Shown here: piece by piece, positions 22,001 to 30,883 of the stretch
How positions within the stretch are numbered: position 1 is the first letter of the stretch
Layout: every line of letters begins with the position of its first letter
IMG/VR virus record: IMGVR_UViG_3300045988_039553
Span: 1-44,715 of that record
Source of the DNA: a virus
Direction: 5' to 3' (one strand)
DNA length: 44,715 bases
Notes under the pieces: generated by a model
What the model was told of the DNA's origin: nothing
What the model saw: the letters and a program-made list of their open reading frames with translations, nothing else
Databases searched by the model: none
Made by a program: the position numbers and the translations under genes

Positions 22001-25000
22001 TTGCTCTTGGAGAGAACCTTGCCTGCCGTCGAGACGGATTTCTCCACCGCGCGGATGGTCTTCCACATCGTTCCGAGCTCTTCGCGCGTCAGCTCAGATA
22101 GCCGCTTGTTCTCCATCCCGATAACCTGCCCAAGCAAGCCGTCCGAGCCATCAGTTCCAAGCAGCGACGGGTCGATGACCATGTCATCGCCGTCTGTCTC
22201 TTTCCCTGAAAGAATGCCTTGATACTGCTTCTGCAATGCGCGGAATGCCTCGGTGCGCTTTGTCGGCGTGCCGCTGCCGTCATAGACGCGCTTGCCGCTT
22301 TCGTCCACGGTGTAGGTGCTCTCCTGATTGATGCTGTTCAGCACTGCCGCCACCGCCGAGCGCATATTCTCGGGGATGTGCTTCGTGTCCGTCGGGCGTA
22401 GCAGCTTCTTCGACAGGTCTTTTGCGTGCCGCGTGATCTTCGCGCGCAGCTCGCGGCGCTTCTGCCCCTCGCGGCGCGTTGCGTCCTTCTCACGGTAACG
22501 GTCTTTCAGCGCGTCCAGCTTTTCCGCCTGCTGCGCGCGTGCCTTCTGCAAGGCTTCCTGCGTGTGGCGCAGCTTTACGGCATCCGTGCGTCCCTGGGCC
22601 ATCTGTCCTGCGAGCTTCGCGTCAGCCGCGGCCTTGCGCCCTGCTGCTTTCGCCGCGTCCAGCTTCTCCGCCTGCACGTCGGCAAAGGTTTTCTTCGCCT
22701 GCGGCAGGTCAAAGAATCGCTCCATGACGTCATTCGAAATGGCACTGACTGCCTGACCCATATAGCCCTCAAACGGGTTATATTCGCTCACGTTGTAGAG
22801 CTCATTTGCCACGTCCGCAATGCGCGCGATCTGGTCACTCACGTTGTTCTCGCGCGTCTCGCTGAAAAACTCAGGGTAGCTTTCCGCCAGCTCGGAATAG
22901 ACCTGATCGACGTTCGTATGCTCGCCCTTGCCGAGGTTCACCTTGCCGAAGAGGCTGCGCCGGAAGTCGACGTAGTCCGTGATGCCCGCCGCATCCTCAG
23001 CGGAGAGCGTGATCTTCGTATCTTTCAGGTACTTGCGCAGTTCGCTATACTCGCGGTATACCTCGTCATCTTTTGCGATGGCGCTCTCTGCGATGCGCTG
23101 GGCAATGGCGTCCGCGCGGCTTCTTGCCTCAGTGTAGGTCAGCTCGCCGGTCTCGTCACCACCGCGCGCGATGTAGTCATACAGGCTCGCAAGATCGCCC
23201 GCGATCTCGCCACTATCGATCTCCGCACCGTAGCGTCGCGTCAGCTCCTTCGCCGCCTTTTCCACACTCTTGCTGTCAGTGCGCACGCCGTCCGAGCGCT
23301 TTGTCTGCCCCTTCCAGTAGTCCACGCGCTCGCGCAAGGTCTCATTCTCACGCTTGAGCGCCGCGATCTCCTGCGCGTTCTCCGTGCCCTTGAGAGATAG
23401 GAACTGTGCAAGGCTCGATACCTGCGGCGTTGTTCCGTCCTCAAAATAGGCTTTGATGTCCGCGAGAACCTTGTTCGCGTGCGTGCCACGCGGGTATTCC
23501 GTGCTCGATACCGTCTGCCCGTCAGGCGTATCAAGGTCAAGAATGACCTCACCGCGATTGTGGCTGATAAAATCAGAAAGAGAATCAAGCTGATTCTTTG
23601 TTGGCATAACAGAGAGGTTAATGCCGCCACTCTCGGGCGAAATTCGGATATTGCCCTCGCTCATAAACTGAACCATGCTGCCGCTGTAATCGCTGCCGCC
23701 GTAGTCATCGCCCAGCGCGTCGCGTATGTCACGGTGGTCGACCGTTCGATATCCGCCGGGCCCACCTTCATGTCTGCCGGAGAAGTCAAGCTTCTTACCG
23801 TTCGTCAGGATATAGCCGGTCTCCGACCACTTATAAGTGTGCCCAAAATAGGCGTCCGCGTCTTTGCGGTGCTGCTTCTTCTCTTCGTCGGTGTAGGTCT
23901 TGAGAGAATAGCGCTTCTTGTCGTTTTCCTTCGTCAGTCTCCCGCTTTCGCTGATTGGAACGCCTGCTTTTTTTAGCTCTGCCAAAAGCCCCGGCGTCAC
24001 TACATTGTCTGGCACGGCAATGTCAGTCCCGCCAAGCAGTTCTTTATACATGCCTGCGACTTCCGCGTCAGAGAGGATTCGAACGGGCTTGATCCAACGA
24101 GAAAGGAATACTTTGCGTTCAATGCCCTTTGCCTTTCTGACCTGCCCCGCCACCGTTCCGGTGTGCCAGGAATGCCAACCGGTAGAATCCTTTGCTCCCT
24201 CTGCGTGGTATCCACTCGTATCTTCGCTCACGGGGACTTCGCATTCTACCGTAACAAGGTTGTTTCTCGCATACGCGCCGCTAAACTGGTCGTTGATAAC
24301 AAGGTTCGAAGAGTGCATATATGGGTTATATGCTGCCTCAAGGCTCCCCTGCCCCTTGCCTTTATCCAGTTTGAATTTCCCATTCTTCACAAGGTCAGGG
24401 CGCTCAACCGCCATTTCCCACGCGCCAAGCTCACTTGCGTCCTCGTATTTCCCCTCAACACGCGCAGCCATCGGCGGGTACAGCTTCCCGTCCACAAGCT
24501 GCATTGTTTTATAGGTCTTGACGGTTTTTTGCCCATCAAGGTAATCCAGAGTGTCTTTATCGGTCACGCGAAGAGAGTATCGGGCATCGTCATATCTAAT
24601 GTCGTCGCCCTTCCGAACAGAAGAATCGACCCTATTGACATTCTCCCCGTTTTGGAGTACACTTTTTTCAGAGGCATTTCCTGCACTTTTTACCGGCCCC
24701 GTTTCGGGTGTACCGAGAGCAGGAGATGCCTTTATATTTTTATTGTCCCTCAACGCCAGCGTGTAAATGTATCCATCGCTGCTCCCAATTTCTTTTTCAA
24801 CGTCTGCCACCAAATCAAACACTTTCCCGTCAATTTGAACGGTCTTGACGAAATAGTCAAAATAGTCCGCGTTCGTATGCGTTTTCGTGTTTGACTTGCT
24901 TCCCGTGTACTTCGAATTTTCCAAAAGGTTGAACACGTCACCATCTGCGCCTGCTTTTGTAAGCGCTTTTACGCCGCTGACGCTTGACCTCGAATCGCCA

Positions 25001-27384
25001 TAAATAGGCTTTCTAATACTATTGGGGTCGAATTTCGCATAGTATGTATGCCCGTTCCGTTCGAACCTCGCTGTCTTGCCGCGGTACTCATTCTTGAGAT
25101 CGTCAAGGTACTTTGCCCTTCTATCGTCCCACGTCAAGGCCATCGTGCCACCGCTGGTTTCATATACCTCGATCCCGTCTTTATTTTTGCCCTTCAAGTC
25201 GAAGCGCGTGCCGCCCTCTGTGGCGGCATTTTTGCTGTTCTGCGCCGCCGCTTCAAATGCCTGCTGTAAAAGCCCCTCCGCTGTCTGCGCCTGCTGTTTC
25301 GCCTTGCCGGTCAGCTTACCCACGATCTCGCGGATCGCGTCGCGCAGCTTTTCAAGCAGCGTGCGGTCTTCGCTGTGCCTGCGGATGAACTCATTCAGAA
25401 CGTCCGTGTTGGCGATCATCTCGCCCGCGTAGTTCGCCGCGGCCTCGTCCAGCGCTTCATCCGCGCTGATCTCAACGCCCATGCGGTTATACTGCTCATA
25501 CAGAATGTTCGCCGCCTCGGCAACGTCGGGGTCTTCCATGATGGCATCGCGGAACGCCGTGTACTGCTCGGGCGCAAGCTCCTGCACACGGTGCGTCCAC
25601 TCATGGCCGACAACCTGCATCACGGGGTCCTGCGCATCCTTTGCAATGCGGATTTCGTTGCCCTCGATCACGCCGTTTGCCGTGCCGCCACGCACCGCGT
25701 CAGCCATGCGCACGCGCACGCCGAGCGCCTTTGCGACGGTATTGATCTCGTCTGCCGTCGCGCTGTCCATTTCACGTGAAACGTAATCATCATAGACAAG
25801 GCCGCTGCCTCCGTCGCTCTCCTGCGCAAAGGTCTTCTTGCGCGCCTCGGCCTTTGCGTCGTTCTGCCCTGCGACATAGCCTGCATAGGCCGTCTCATTT
25901 GTCGGGTTCGGGTTCGCCTTGCCCTCCACGCCCGCATTGTAGGCAGGGATAAAGTCCTTCACGTGCTGCGCCGTGTCCTTGCCCTCCTGGTACGAGCCAC
26001 GAATCGCTTTTCGCCCTCTCTCGCCGATCATGCTGTCATAACGGGCAAAGAGCCGGTCGGCAATACCGTTCACGATTTCCGCGTCGCTGCGCGTCTCCGT
26101 CTGCGTCTTCGGCAGTTCGGTACGGCTGTCATAATAGCGCCCGCCGCGGTTCCCGATGGCTTCCACGCCACCGCCAAGCCCGCCGAGGATACCGCCGACA
26201 AGGAAGTCGTTCAGAATTTCCGATGCTTCCAGCTCGCTATAGCTCCCGCCGAGCGTCTTCCCGTTATAGATCATCTGCAAAGCAGGCTGGATGAGGTCTT
26301 CAATGGCTTCCTCGCCGCCCTCTTCGAGGAACGACAGCGCAATCTTGCCCGCCGCGCTGCTGTTGAGCCCATGCATCGTGCGCTCGATGACATCATCCAA
26401 GAAGCCCTTACCGAACATCTTTTTGAACGGCGCTGCCGCGTTGCCGATCTTCTCGGTCGCCACGCTGAGCGCGCCGCTTGCAAAGCCATAGTTTACCTGC
26501 TGCTCGTGCGTTGCGCCCTGTCTGCGCGCCTCCTGCGCGCCACTGCCCATGCTACGAATGGCCATAGGGAAAAGTGCTGTTCCAAACATAAAGGGCGATA
26601 ATGCAATATCTTCTGCCATTTGTGTGCCTGCAACACCCGCATCAACGGCAAGCTGCCCGACTTTGCCCAGCCCACTTTTCGCCTTGTTGATATCTTTTGC
26701 GCCGCTGTCGGCCAGCCTGTCAGCAGCCTTGTAGATTGCGCCCGCCGTGCGCTCAACCTCGCCGCCGATGCCGTAAGCCTGCCGATACGCGGCCTTGCGC
26801 GCTTCCAGATTCGTGATGACGGTGCGTGCCGTTTCGCGCTCGCTCTCGGTGCTGCTGGGGTCTGCCAGCACGTCGCGCTGCGCCTTGATATCCTGATCCC
26901 ACAGCGCAATTTCTTTCTCAGCTTCGCCGCGGCGCTGCAAGCCGCTTCCGGTCTGCGCCAAACCGACGGCGTTCGTGACACCCGCGCCATAGGTCTTCGT
27001 CGCGCCCTTGAGCGTATTGCCGACGCGCTGCGCAACCGTTTGCGGCTTCACGTCCTTCACATGCTGATTGAAGGCTTTTTCGCTCTGGTAGTTCTTCGCC
27101 TCTTGCTGCTGCAAAGCGCCCTTGCCGAGGCTCTGCGCAAGCGCATTCTGGTTCTTCGGCGTCACGACATTCTGCTGCACGGTCGGCTGCTGGCGGAACA
27201 TCGGGCTTGTGCCAGACTGCCGGCGGGGGCTTTGGGCTCCCGCGTCCTTTGTCTGCACCGCGGGCGGCGTGCTCTGCGGATCTCCAATCTTTACAAGCCG
27301 ACCGTTTGCGCCGGTGCCGACCACCGTGCGCTTTTCTTCCTGCTGTTCCTGCACCGCAGGCGTTGTCTTGACAAGTCGCCCCAT
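19021..27384 (-). CDS. Giant multi-domain (polyvalent-type) virion protein, 2,787 aa. It has a membrane/glycine-zipper region, an HEXXH zincin-like domain, a nuclease-like (BECR/MuF-C-like) module, further conserved modules, coiled coils and a large helical C-terminal region.
   Basis: Uninterrupted ORF with a GGAGGG SD. HEWTH is encoded at 25591-25605 (verified in the DNA). Hydrophobic Gly-rich segments lie at aa 255-410. The module NGHTYYAKFD...DYFDYFVKTVQIDGKVFDLVADVEKE...YIYTLALRD lies at aa 725-885. Confidence 0.8.
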   Translation of the reverse strand: MGRLVKTTPAVQEQQEEKRTVVGTGANGRLVKIGDPQSTPPAVQTKDAGAQSPRRQSGTSPMFRQQPTVQQNVVTPKNQNALAQSLGKGALQQQEAKNYQSEKAFNQHVKDVKPQTVAQRVGNTLKGATKTYGAGVTNAVGLAQTGSGLQRRGEAEKEIALWDQDIKAQRDVLADPSSTESERETARTVITNLEARKAAYRQAYGIGGEVERTAGAIYKAADRLADSGAKDINKAKSGLGKVGQLAVDAGVAGTQMAEDIALSPFMFGTALFPMAIRSMGSGAQEARRQGATHEQQVNYGFASGALSVATEKIGNAAAPFKKMFGKGFLDDVIERTMHGLNSSAAGKIALSFLEEGGEEAIEDLIQPALQMIYNGKTLGGSYSELEASEILNDFLVGGILGGLGGGVEAIGNRGGRYYDSRTELPKTQTETRSDAEIVNGIADRLFARYDSMIGERGRKAIRGSYQEGKDTAQHVKDFIPAYNAGVEGKANPNPTNETAYAGYVAGQNDAKAEARKKTFAQESDGGSGLVYDDYVSREMDSATADEINTVAKALGVRVRMADAVRGGTANGVIEGNEIRIAKDAQDPVMQVVGHEWTHRVQELAPEQYTAFRDAIMEDPDVAEAANILYEQYNRMGVEISADEALDEAAANYAGEMIANTDVLNEFIRRHSEDRTLLEKLRDAIREIVGKLTGKAKQQAQTAEGLLQQAFEAAAQNSKNAATEGGTRFDLKGKNKDGIEVYETSGGTMALTWDDRRAKYLDDLKNEYRGKTARFERNGHTYYAKFDPNSIRKPIYGDSRSSVSGVKALTKAGADGDVFNLLENSKYTGSKSNTKTHTNADYFDYFVKTVQIDGKVFDLVADVEKEIGSSDGYIYTLALRDNKNIKASPALGTPETGPVKSAGNASEKSVLQNGENVNRVDSSVRKGDDIRYDDARYSLRVTDKDTLDYLDGQKTVKTYKTMQLVDGKLYPPMAARVEGKYEDASELGAWEMAVERPDLVKNGKFKLDKGKGQGSLEAAYNPYMHSSNLVINDQFSGAYARNNLVTVECEVPVSEDTSGYHAEGAKDSTGWHSWHTGTVAGQVRKAKGIERKVFLSRWIKPVRILSDAEVAGMYKELLGGTDIAVPDNVVTPGLLAELKKAGVPISESGRLTKENDKKRYSLKTYTDEEKKQHRKDADAYFGHTYKWSETGYILTNGKKLDFSGRHEGGPGGYRTVDHRDIRDALGDDYGGSDYSGSMVQFMSEGNIRISPESGGINLSVMPTKNQLDSLSDFISHNRGEVILDLDTPDGQTVSSTEYPRGTHANKVLADIKAYFEDGTTPQVSSLAQFLSLKGTENAQEIAALKRENETLRERVDYWKGQTKRSDGVRTDSKSVEKAAKELTRRYGAEIDSGEIAGDLASLYDYIARGGDETGELTYTEARSRADAIAQRIAESAIAKDDEVYREYSELRKYLKDTKITLSAEDAAGITDYVDFRRSLFGKVNLGKGEHTNVDQVYSELAESYPEFFSETRENNVSDQIARIADVANELYNVSEYNPFEGYMGQAVSAISNDVMERFFDLPQAKKTFADVQAEKLDAAKAAGRKAAADAKLAGQMAQGRTDAVKLRHTQEALQKARAQQAEKLDALKDRYREKDATRREGQKRRELRAKITRHAKDLSKKLLRPTDTKHIPENMRSAVAAVLNSINQESTYTVDESGKRVYDGSGTPTKRTEAFRALQKQYQGILSGKETDGDDMVIDPSLLGTDGSDGLLGQVIGMENKRLSELTREELGTMWKTIRAVEKSVSTAGKVLSKSKFETTKQMADAFKTDVSTRRKKLGNNTTISLETPYTFFAHYGETGKSIYRMLRNAQDHQEIMARDIAEKTRKVLSDELGEAGFKDIAGKAVHGDLKGALRDARGSAIGKWEAETHDITTAGKAELTLTTPQIMELYLLSKRKQALGHLLGGGVIQPEIKSAETGRTKVPRGTQQVFLTGGDIERITGKLTDEQKRVADGLQDLTATTLAKYGNDASMQAYGYRKFTEKNYWPIKSAKEALHSNLEKDSGNVRSIKNIGMAQQVTPNANNAVELRSVFDTFADHASDMIDYAAWLAPMEDANRFFNFQYRNDAGNKTGVSVKGLLDEKGGNGAQQYWQKLMGDIQNGIGTKDFEPITGKMGKFVGKFKGASVGANIRVVIQQPTAFFRAAAVLDPKDMAKGMTGGVTKGSGWEKALEHSPIAMRKDVGSFDISSPYTLKDRFYGKEGVTNKLNDLAGAAAGKADAATWGKLWNACEWQVKRENPDVRAGSNEFYSAVNDVFSDMIDQTQVVDGILQRSNIMRGKSTLSQQATAFMGEPIMSLNVLLRSYDNFRYEENPAKRSKALKTLGRAATALVVTNVVNALAQSIVDGLRDDDRDKDYGEKFLSAFTGAEGDEKNALELIGNVVLNGNVVSNMNPVAQIPFAKDVLSLAQGYDVSRPDMEVFSDLINAAKTFVDSAGGDGKKTRKEATLTLLVAASKMFGLPVANIKRDLMATLRTIAQASGSLGFQYEVEKFSYNLANSGNKSRFIGILYDALEHGDYATYEHVRRELMEQMGLDGESIQSSLKTRYNKKAESEANYSFPQKSLDLLGIRGKYAYDSGEGEEKFSAADLNASSYSKYETQKSDAYRTQADKATSSGAFSRLSDEGKDKTLGYVESYAEAVALKENSGGQYEITTKWIQNAQEAQKQYRIAPGVFAACKAAASECEMLKDKDGDSIDYSKGLQIMEMLFRSGLNEQQRTAMYEYLDVPKKIRHWNRARVDEQLAIARKKAV

Positions 27385-28623
27385 TTAGCCCTCCTCATAG
27401 GAATACCCGTACTGCTTGAGCAGTTTTTGCATTTCTGCTTTCTGTTCGCTTGTCATCATCGGCCAAGTCTTGTCTAATGTGCCAAGGATTCGGCCCCCGT
27501 CCCCGTTTTTAAGCGATGTATTGAATCCGGACAGCAGTGCGATAAACTGGCCTTGTGGCATCATTCTGCCGCCACTGTTTCCATTGCCCCCACCGTTCTG
27601 ACCTTCCAGCCAATCTTTATAGCCGTCATATGCGCCGCTCGAAGAGGTAAACCCAAACTTTTTATAGTTGTTGGCAATATAGCTCTTCGGGTAGCCGGAC
27701 TGATATGCCGCTTCAAACAAGCCATCATAGTCCGCCTCTCTCGGCGGAGCCGTCACGTTGTTGGAGCGTCTTGTGCCGCTTGCCTTCCCCGCCGCTGCCT
27801 GCGCGGCCTGCTGCAATTTATACTGCCATTCCGCATTATAGCGTGCGTCCTCGATGGCATCGCGTTCCTTCTGGTAGTTATAGTTGAGCTTGTCCTGCTG
27901 CTTCTGATACGCCAGCGCATCCGCCGTCTGCTGGTCGCCCACCTGATCGCGCGCGAGCTGATAGAGGTAATTGCGGTCAGCCAGCCAGCGGTTGTAGTTG
28001 TTGTCCTCAAGGCCGATGAGCGTATTCAGGTCGGCGCGGTCGCCGCTCAATTTATCCTGATACATGCTATAGGCGAGCTGCTGAAGCTCGGGAATCTTGT
28101 CCGTCATCTGGCTCATCTGGTAGTCGCTCGCCTGTTGGCTCGCTGCCACCGCCGCCGTGGACGGCATCCCGCCCGTCATCACTGCCGTCTTGCCGAGCAC
28201 ATCCTCCGCGCTGCGGTCTGCCTCGCGCGTGTACTGCTTGCGATACTGCTGATAGAGTGGGTCACTCGCCGCGTCGTAGGAAAACGGCGTGCGATTCAGC
28301 AGCGCGTCGAGCTTTGCGCTGATCTGTCCGCTCTGGTCATAGTTGTAGCTGCTGTCGCCCAGCTTATCGAGCCAGCTCGTGTCAGCCTTTGCAGGGCTCG
28401 CGCCCGTGCCGAGTTTGATGTACTCGCTGCCGTCCACGCCGCCGGAATAGTCGTACTTCGCGCGGATTTTCTCCGCTGCGTCGTGCGCCGCCTGCTGGCC
28501 CGCCTTGTCTCCCTCGGCATATGCCTTGTTGTAGGCCTCGGTATACTGCCGGATGAGATCAAGGTCTCCAGAATCGTTGATGAGCGTCAGGTCTGTATTC
28601 TTGTGTTTGAAATTATCTGCCAT
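27385..28623 (-). CDS. Virion structural protein (412 aa), function unknown
   Basis: Track ORF within the structural operon. Q/Y/D-rich. Confidence 0.6.
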   Translation of the reverse strand: MADNFKHKNTDLTLINDSGDLDLIRQYTEAYNKAYAEGDKAGQQAAHDAAEKIRAKYDYSGGVDGSEYIKLGTGASPAKADTSWLDKLGDSSYNYDQSGQISAKLDALLNRTPFSYDAASDPLYQQYRKQYTREADRSAEDVLGKTAVMTGGMPSTAAVAASQQASDYQMSQMTDKIPELQQLAYSMYQDKLSGDRADLNTLIGLEDNNYNRWLADRNYLYQLARDQVGDQQTADALAYQKQQDKLNYNYQKERDAIEDARYNAEWQYKLQQAAQAAAGKASGTRRSNNVTAPPREADYDGLFEAAYQSGYPKSYIANNYKKFGFTSSSGAYDGYKDWLEGQNGGGNGNSGGRMMPQGQFIALLSGFNTSLKNGDGGRILGTLDKTWPMMTSEQKAEMQKLLKQYGYSYEEG

Positions 28624-28630
28624 TGTCCCC

Positions 28631-30217
28631 TCACTTTCTGCCGCCCGTCACGTATTCGTACTCGAGCGCATAGAGCCGGTATTCTCCTGTGGCTTTGATT
28701 TTTAATCTAAAGTGGTCGCAGCGGCGGATCGGGCAGTTGAGCGTGAAAACGTCTTTCTCCTGTGCCCCGCAGCGGTCGACCTCTTCCCACGCGCCGCCGT
28801 CAAACTTGACAAGGAACACGATCGTTGAGCCCTTCTCGCATTCTAGCCGCGCCCGCACGCGCTGCACGTGCTTCGCGTCAAACGAGCCGCCGTCATAGTC
28901 GGCAAACTCCGCCTCGCTAACAACAGTGCCCTCTCGTGTTGCGCTGGCCGGGATATCTGCCGGATTTCCCAGCAGCACGCACCCACCGTCTACTAAGGCC
29001 ATGATACCGCCCGAATAGGCCATTTGCACCACGGCAAGCGTATCTTCCTTATGCCACACGCCGTTCTCGCTGCTGTAGCAGTACAGAGCTGCCTTGCCAT
29101 CCTCTTTCAGGCTCACGTAGTAGTTGAGACCGTCGCTTCCACCCACCGCGTCAGAGAGGCGCACATCGTCGCCCAGCGTGCGGGAGATGCAGCGCGGCAT
29201 GCCGCCGCTGTACGCCATGATACCGACCTTCGAGAGGTAATAGAGCGTTTCGCCCGCCACGGCGAGGCTCTTGTGGCTGCCCTTCATCACGCCGAGCACC
29301 GCGCTTGACATGAGTTGGAAGTTTGTCGGAATCGTGCCGTACATCTTGAAGATTTTGTCCTCTTTGAAAAAGCACGGGTAGCCAAGGTAGCTCACGCACG
29401 CCGTGAACGCTCCCGCCGTGCCGCTCTCCACGCTGAACGCATCCGTGGAGAGCCCGTCAAACACGTTCCAGTTGTACGGGTCGCCGAGCTTTGAAGCAAA
29501 GATGCTGTCGCCCTTGCATCCCCACACGCGGTTCTCGTTCGTGCAGACAAAATCCATGTCGGGCACGCTGCGATTGAGCGTGACTGTTCCAGGCTCCGTG
29601 ATGCTTTCCTGCCCGTCGGGCAGGCGGAAGGTGTTTTCATAAAAGCGCAGCGTCTTTTTGTCCTCGCTGATCTCCCGGATGATGGGTGTGCGGTTGTTGT
29701 AGGTCTCCTTTGTGCAGCCCGAGATCGTCACGGCGTCGCCCACGTTAAACGGGAACGCCGCGCCGGTCGTCGTGATGCTGTTTGCCGCCGCCTTTTCGTC
29801 AGCATACGTGCCATTCCCGAATTTCAGCCCCGCCGCGGCGTAGCTCGCCTCCATCGGCTTGATCGTGCCGTCCTTTTCACACACGATCTTGTCGGGGAAA
29901 ATGAGCACGCGCTCGCCCAGTGCACAGAAAGTCTTTTCGCTGTCTGCGACCGTCAACTTCTCCTCGCCGTTGACGTAGAGCTTCGTTCCGTATACCTCGT
30001 AGAGCTTTCCTGCACTGAAAATGCCGTTTGCAGTCCCCATATCCTTGCGGACGGTATAGCGCCTCGCACGGGGGGAAAGAAGCGGGAAGTATCGCGCCGA
30101 CAGGTTCTTCATGTCGTAGAGCTCGCCGCCCGCCGCACCGAACGTGTGGTTGATGCCTCCGAATTTCTCTTGCTGCACGCGCCGGTTCGTATATGCCGTG
30201 ATCTCAGGCAGTCTCAT
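28631..30217 (-). CDS. Virion structural protein (528 aa), possibly a tail or adaptor component
   Basis: Track ORF within the structural operon. No motif recognised. Confidence 0.6.
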   Translation of the reverse strand: MRLPEITAYTNRRVQQEKFGGINHTFGAAGGELYDMKNLSARYFPLLSPRARRYTVRKDMGTANGIFSAGKLYEVYGTKLYVNGEEKLTVADSEKTFCALGERVLIFPDKIVCEKDGTIKPMEASYAAAGLKFGNGTYADEKAAANSITTTGAAFPFNVGDAVTISGCTKETYNNRTPIIREISEDKKTLRFYENTFRLPDGQESITEPGTVTLNRSVPDMDFVCTNENRVWGCKGDSIFASKLGDPYNWNVFDGLSTDAFSVESGTAGAFTACVSYLGYPCFFKEDKIFKMYGTIPTNFQLMSSAVLGVMKGSHKSLAVAGETLYYLSKVGIMAYSGGMPRCISRTLGDDVRLSDAVGGSDGLNYYVSLKEDGKAALYCYSSENGVWHKEDTLAVVQMAYSGGIMALVDGGCVLLGNPADIPASATREGTVVSEAEFADYDGGSFDAKHVQRVRARLECEKGSTIVFLVKFDGGAWEEVDRCGAQEKDVFTLNCPIRRCDHFRLKIKATGEYRLYALEYEYVTGGRK

Positions 30218-30389
30218 CCGGGCCCTCGCTTTCTTTCTTCTCTGGCGCTTCCGTGCCGTCGCAGATCATTGCGATATTGCGAAGCGACTGCCGCACCGCC
30301 GCCACCACGTCCACCGCGTCGCCGTTGACGTTCAAAATGCCGATCAGGCGCATCGCGTGCGCCGCTTCCTGCTTGATCTTTTCATTCAT
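30204..30389 (-). CDS. Small hypothetical structural-module protein (61 aa)
   Basis: GGAGG SD before the internal ATG at 30389. Confidence 0.45.
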   Translation of the reverse strand: MNEKIKQEAAHAMRLIGILNVNGDAVDVVAAVRQSLRNIAMICDGTEAPEKKESEGPDETA

Positions 30390-30394
30390 GCTCT

Positions 30395-30880
30395 TTACCT
30401 CCAATCGGGTTGCGAATAGCTCCCGTAATTGTTGACCGGTCGAACCGATAGCCAATTTGTGTTGGAATACGTCCCGATGTTGACGATCGCGCGGTATCTC
30501 TTCCAGTTCGGATAGGCATACGTCCCGACATTGATAACCGCCTTCGCGCTGCTTCCGCCGCCGCCACCGCCGCCGCTGTACGTTGTGGCGGTACCCTCGT
30601 CGGAGTAATCCGATACGATCCAGTCACCGCCCCAATAATAGAGGTTGCACACCCACTCGTATGTCGTCCCCGGCGATAGCCCCGTGATCGTGCCGACGAA
30701 TGTGCTCTCCCCGCCGCCGACTGCCGTGGAATTGAACTCAAATGTTCCGACGCCGGTGATGCGCACGTCGATGAGCCGCTTAAAGGTGTAATCATCCGAG
30801 CCGCCCGTAAACTTGGCGTACACGCTGAGCTGCGTCCCGTCTCCGTCGACCGGTGATAGCGTACAATAAAAGCTCGCCAT
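30395..30880 (-). CDS. Fibronectin-type-III-like domain protein with a poly-Gly linker
   Basis: GLSPGTTYEW motif and SGGGGGGGSS linker. Confidence 0.55.
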   Translation of the reverse strand: MASFYCTLSPVDGDGTQLSVYAKFTGGSDDYTFKRLIDVRITGVGTFEFNSTAVGGGESTFVGTITGLSPGTTYEWVCNLYYWGGDWIVSDYSDEGTATTYSGGGGGGGSSAKAVINVGTYAYPNWKRYRAIVNIGTYSNTNWLSVRPVNNYGSYSQPDWR

Positions 30881-30883
30881 GCC

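Noticed and set aside
19021-27384. Calling the giant ORF simply a tape measure protein
   Set aside because: No tail tube, sheath or chaperone genes accompany it. It also contains an HEXXH motif and several globular modules that are atypical for tape measures. A tape-measure-like or ejection role for part of it cannot be excluded.
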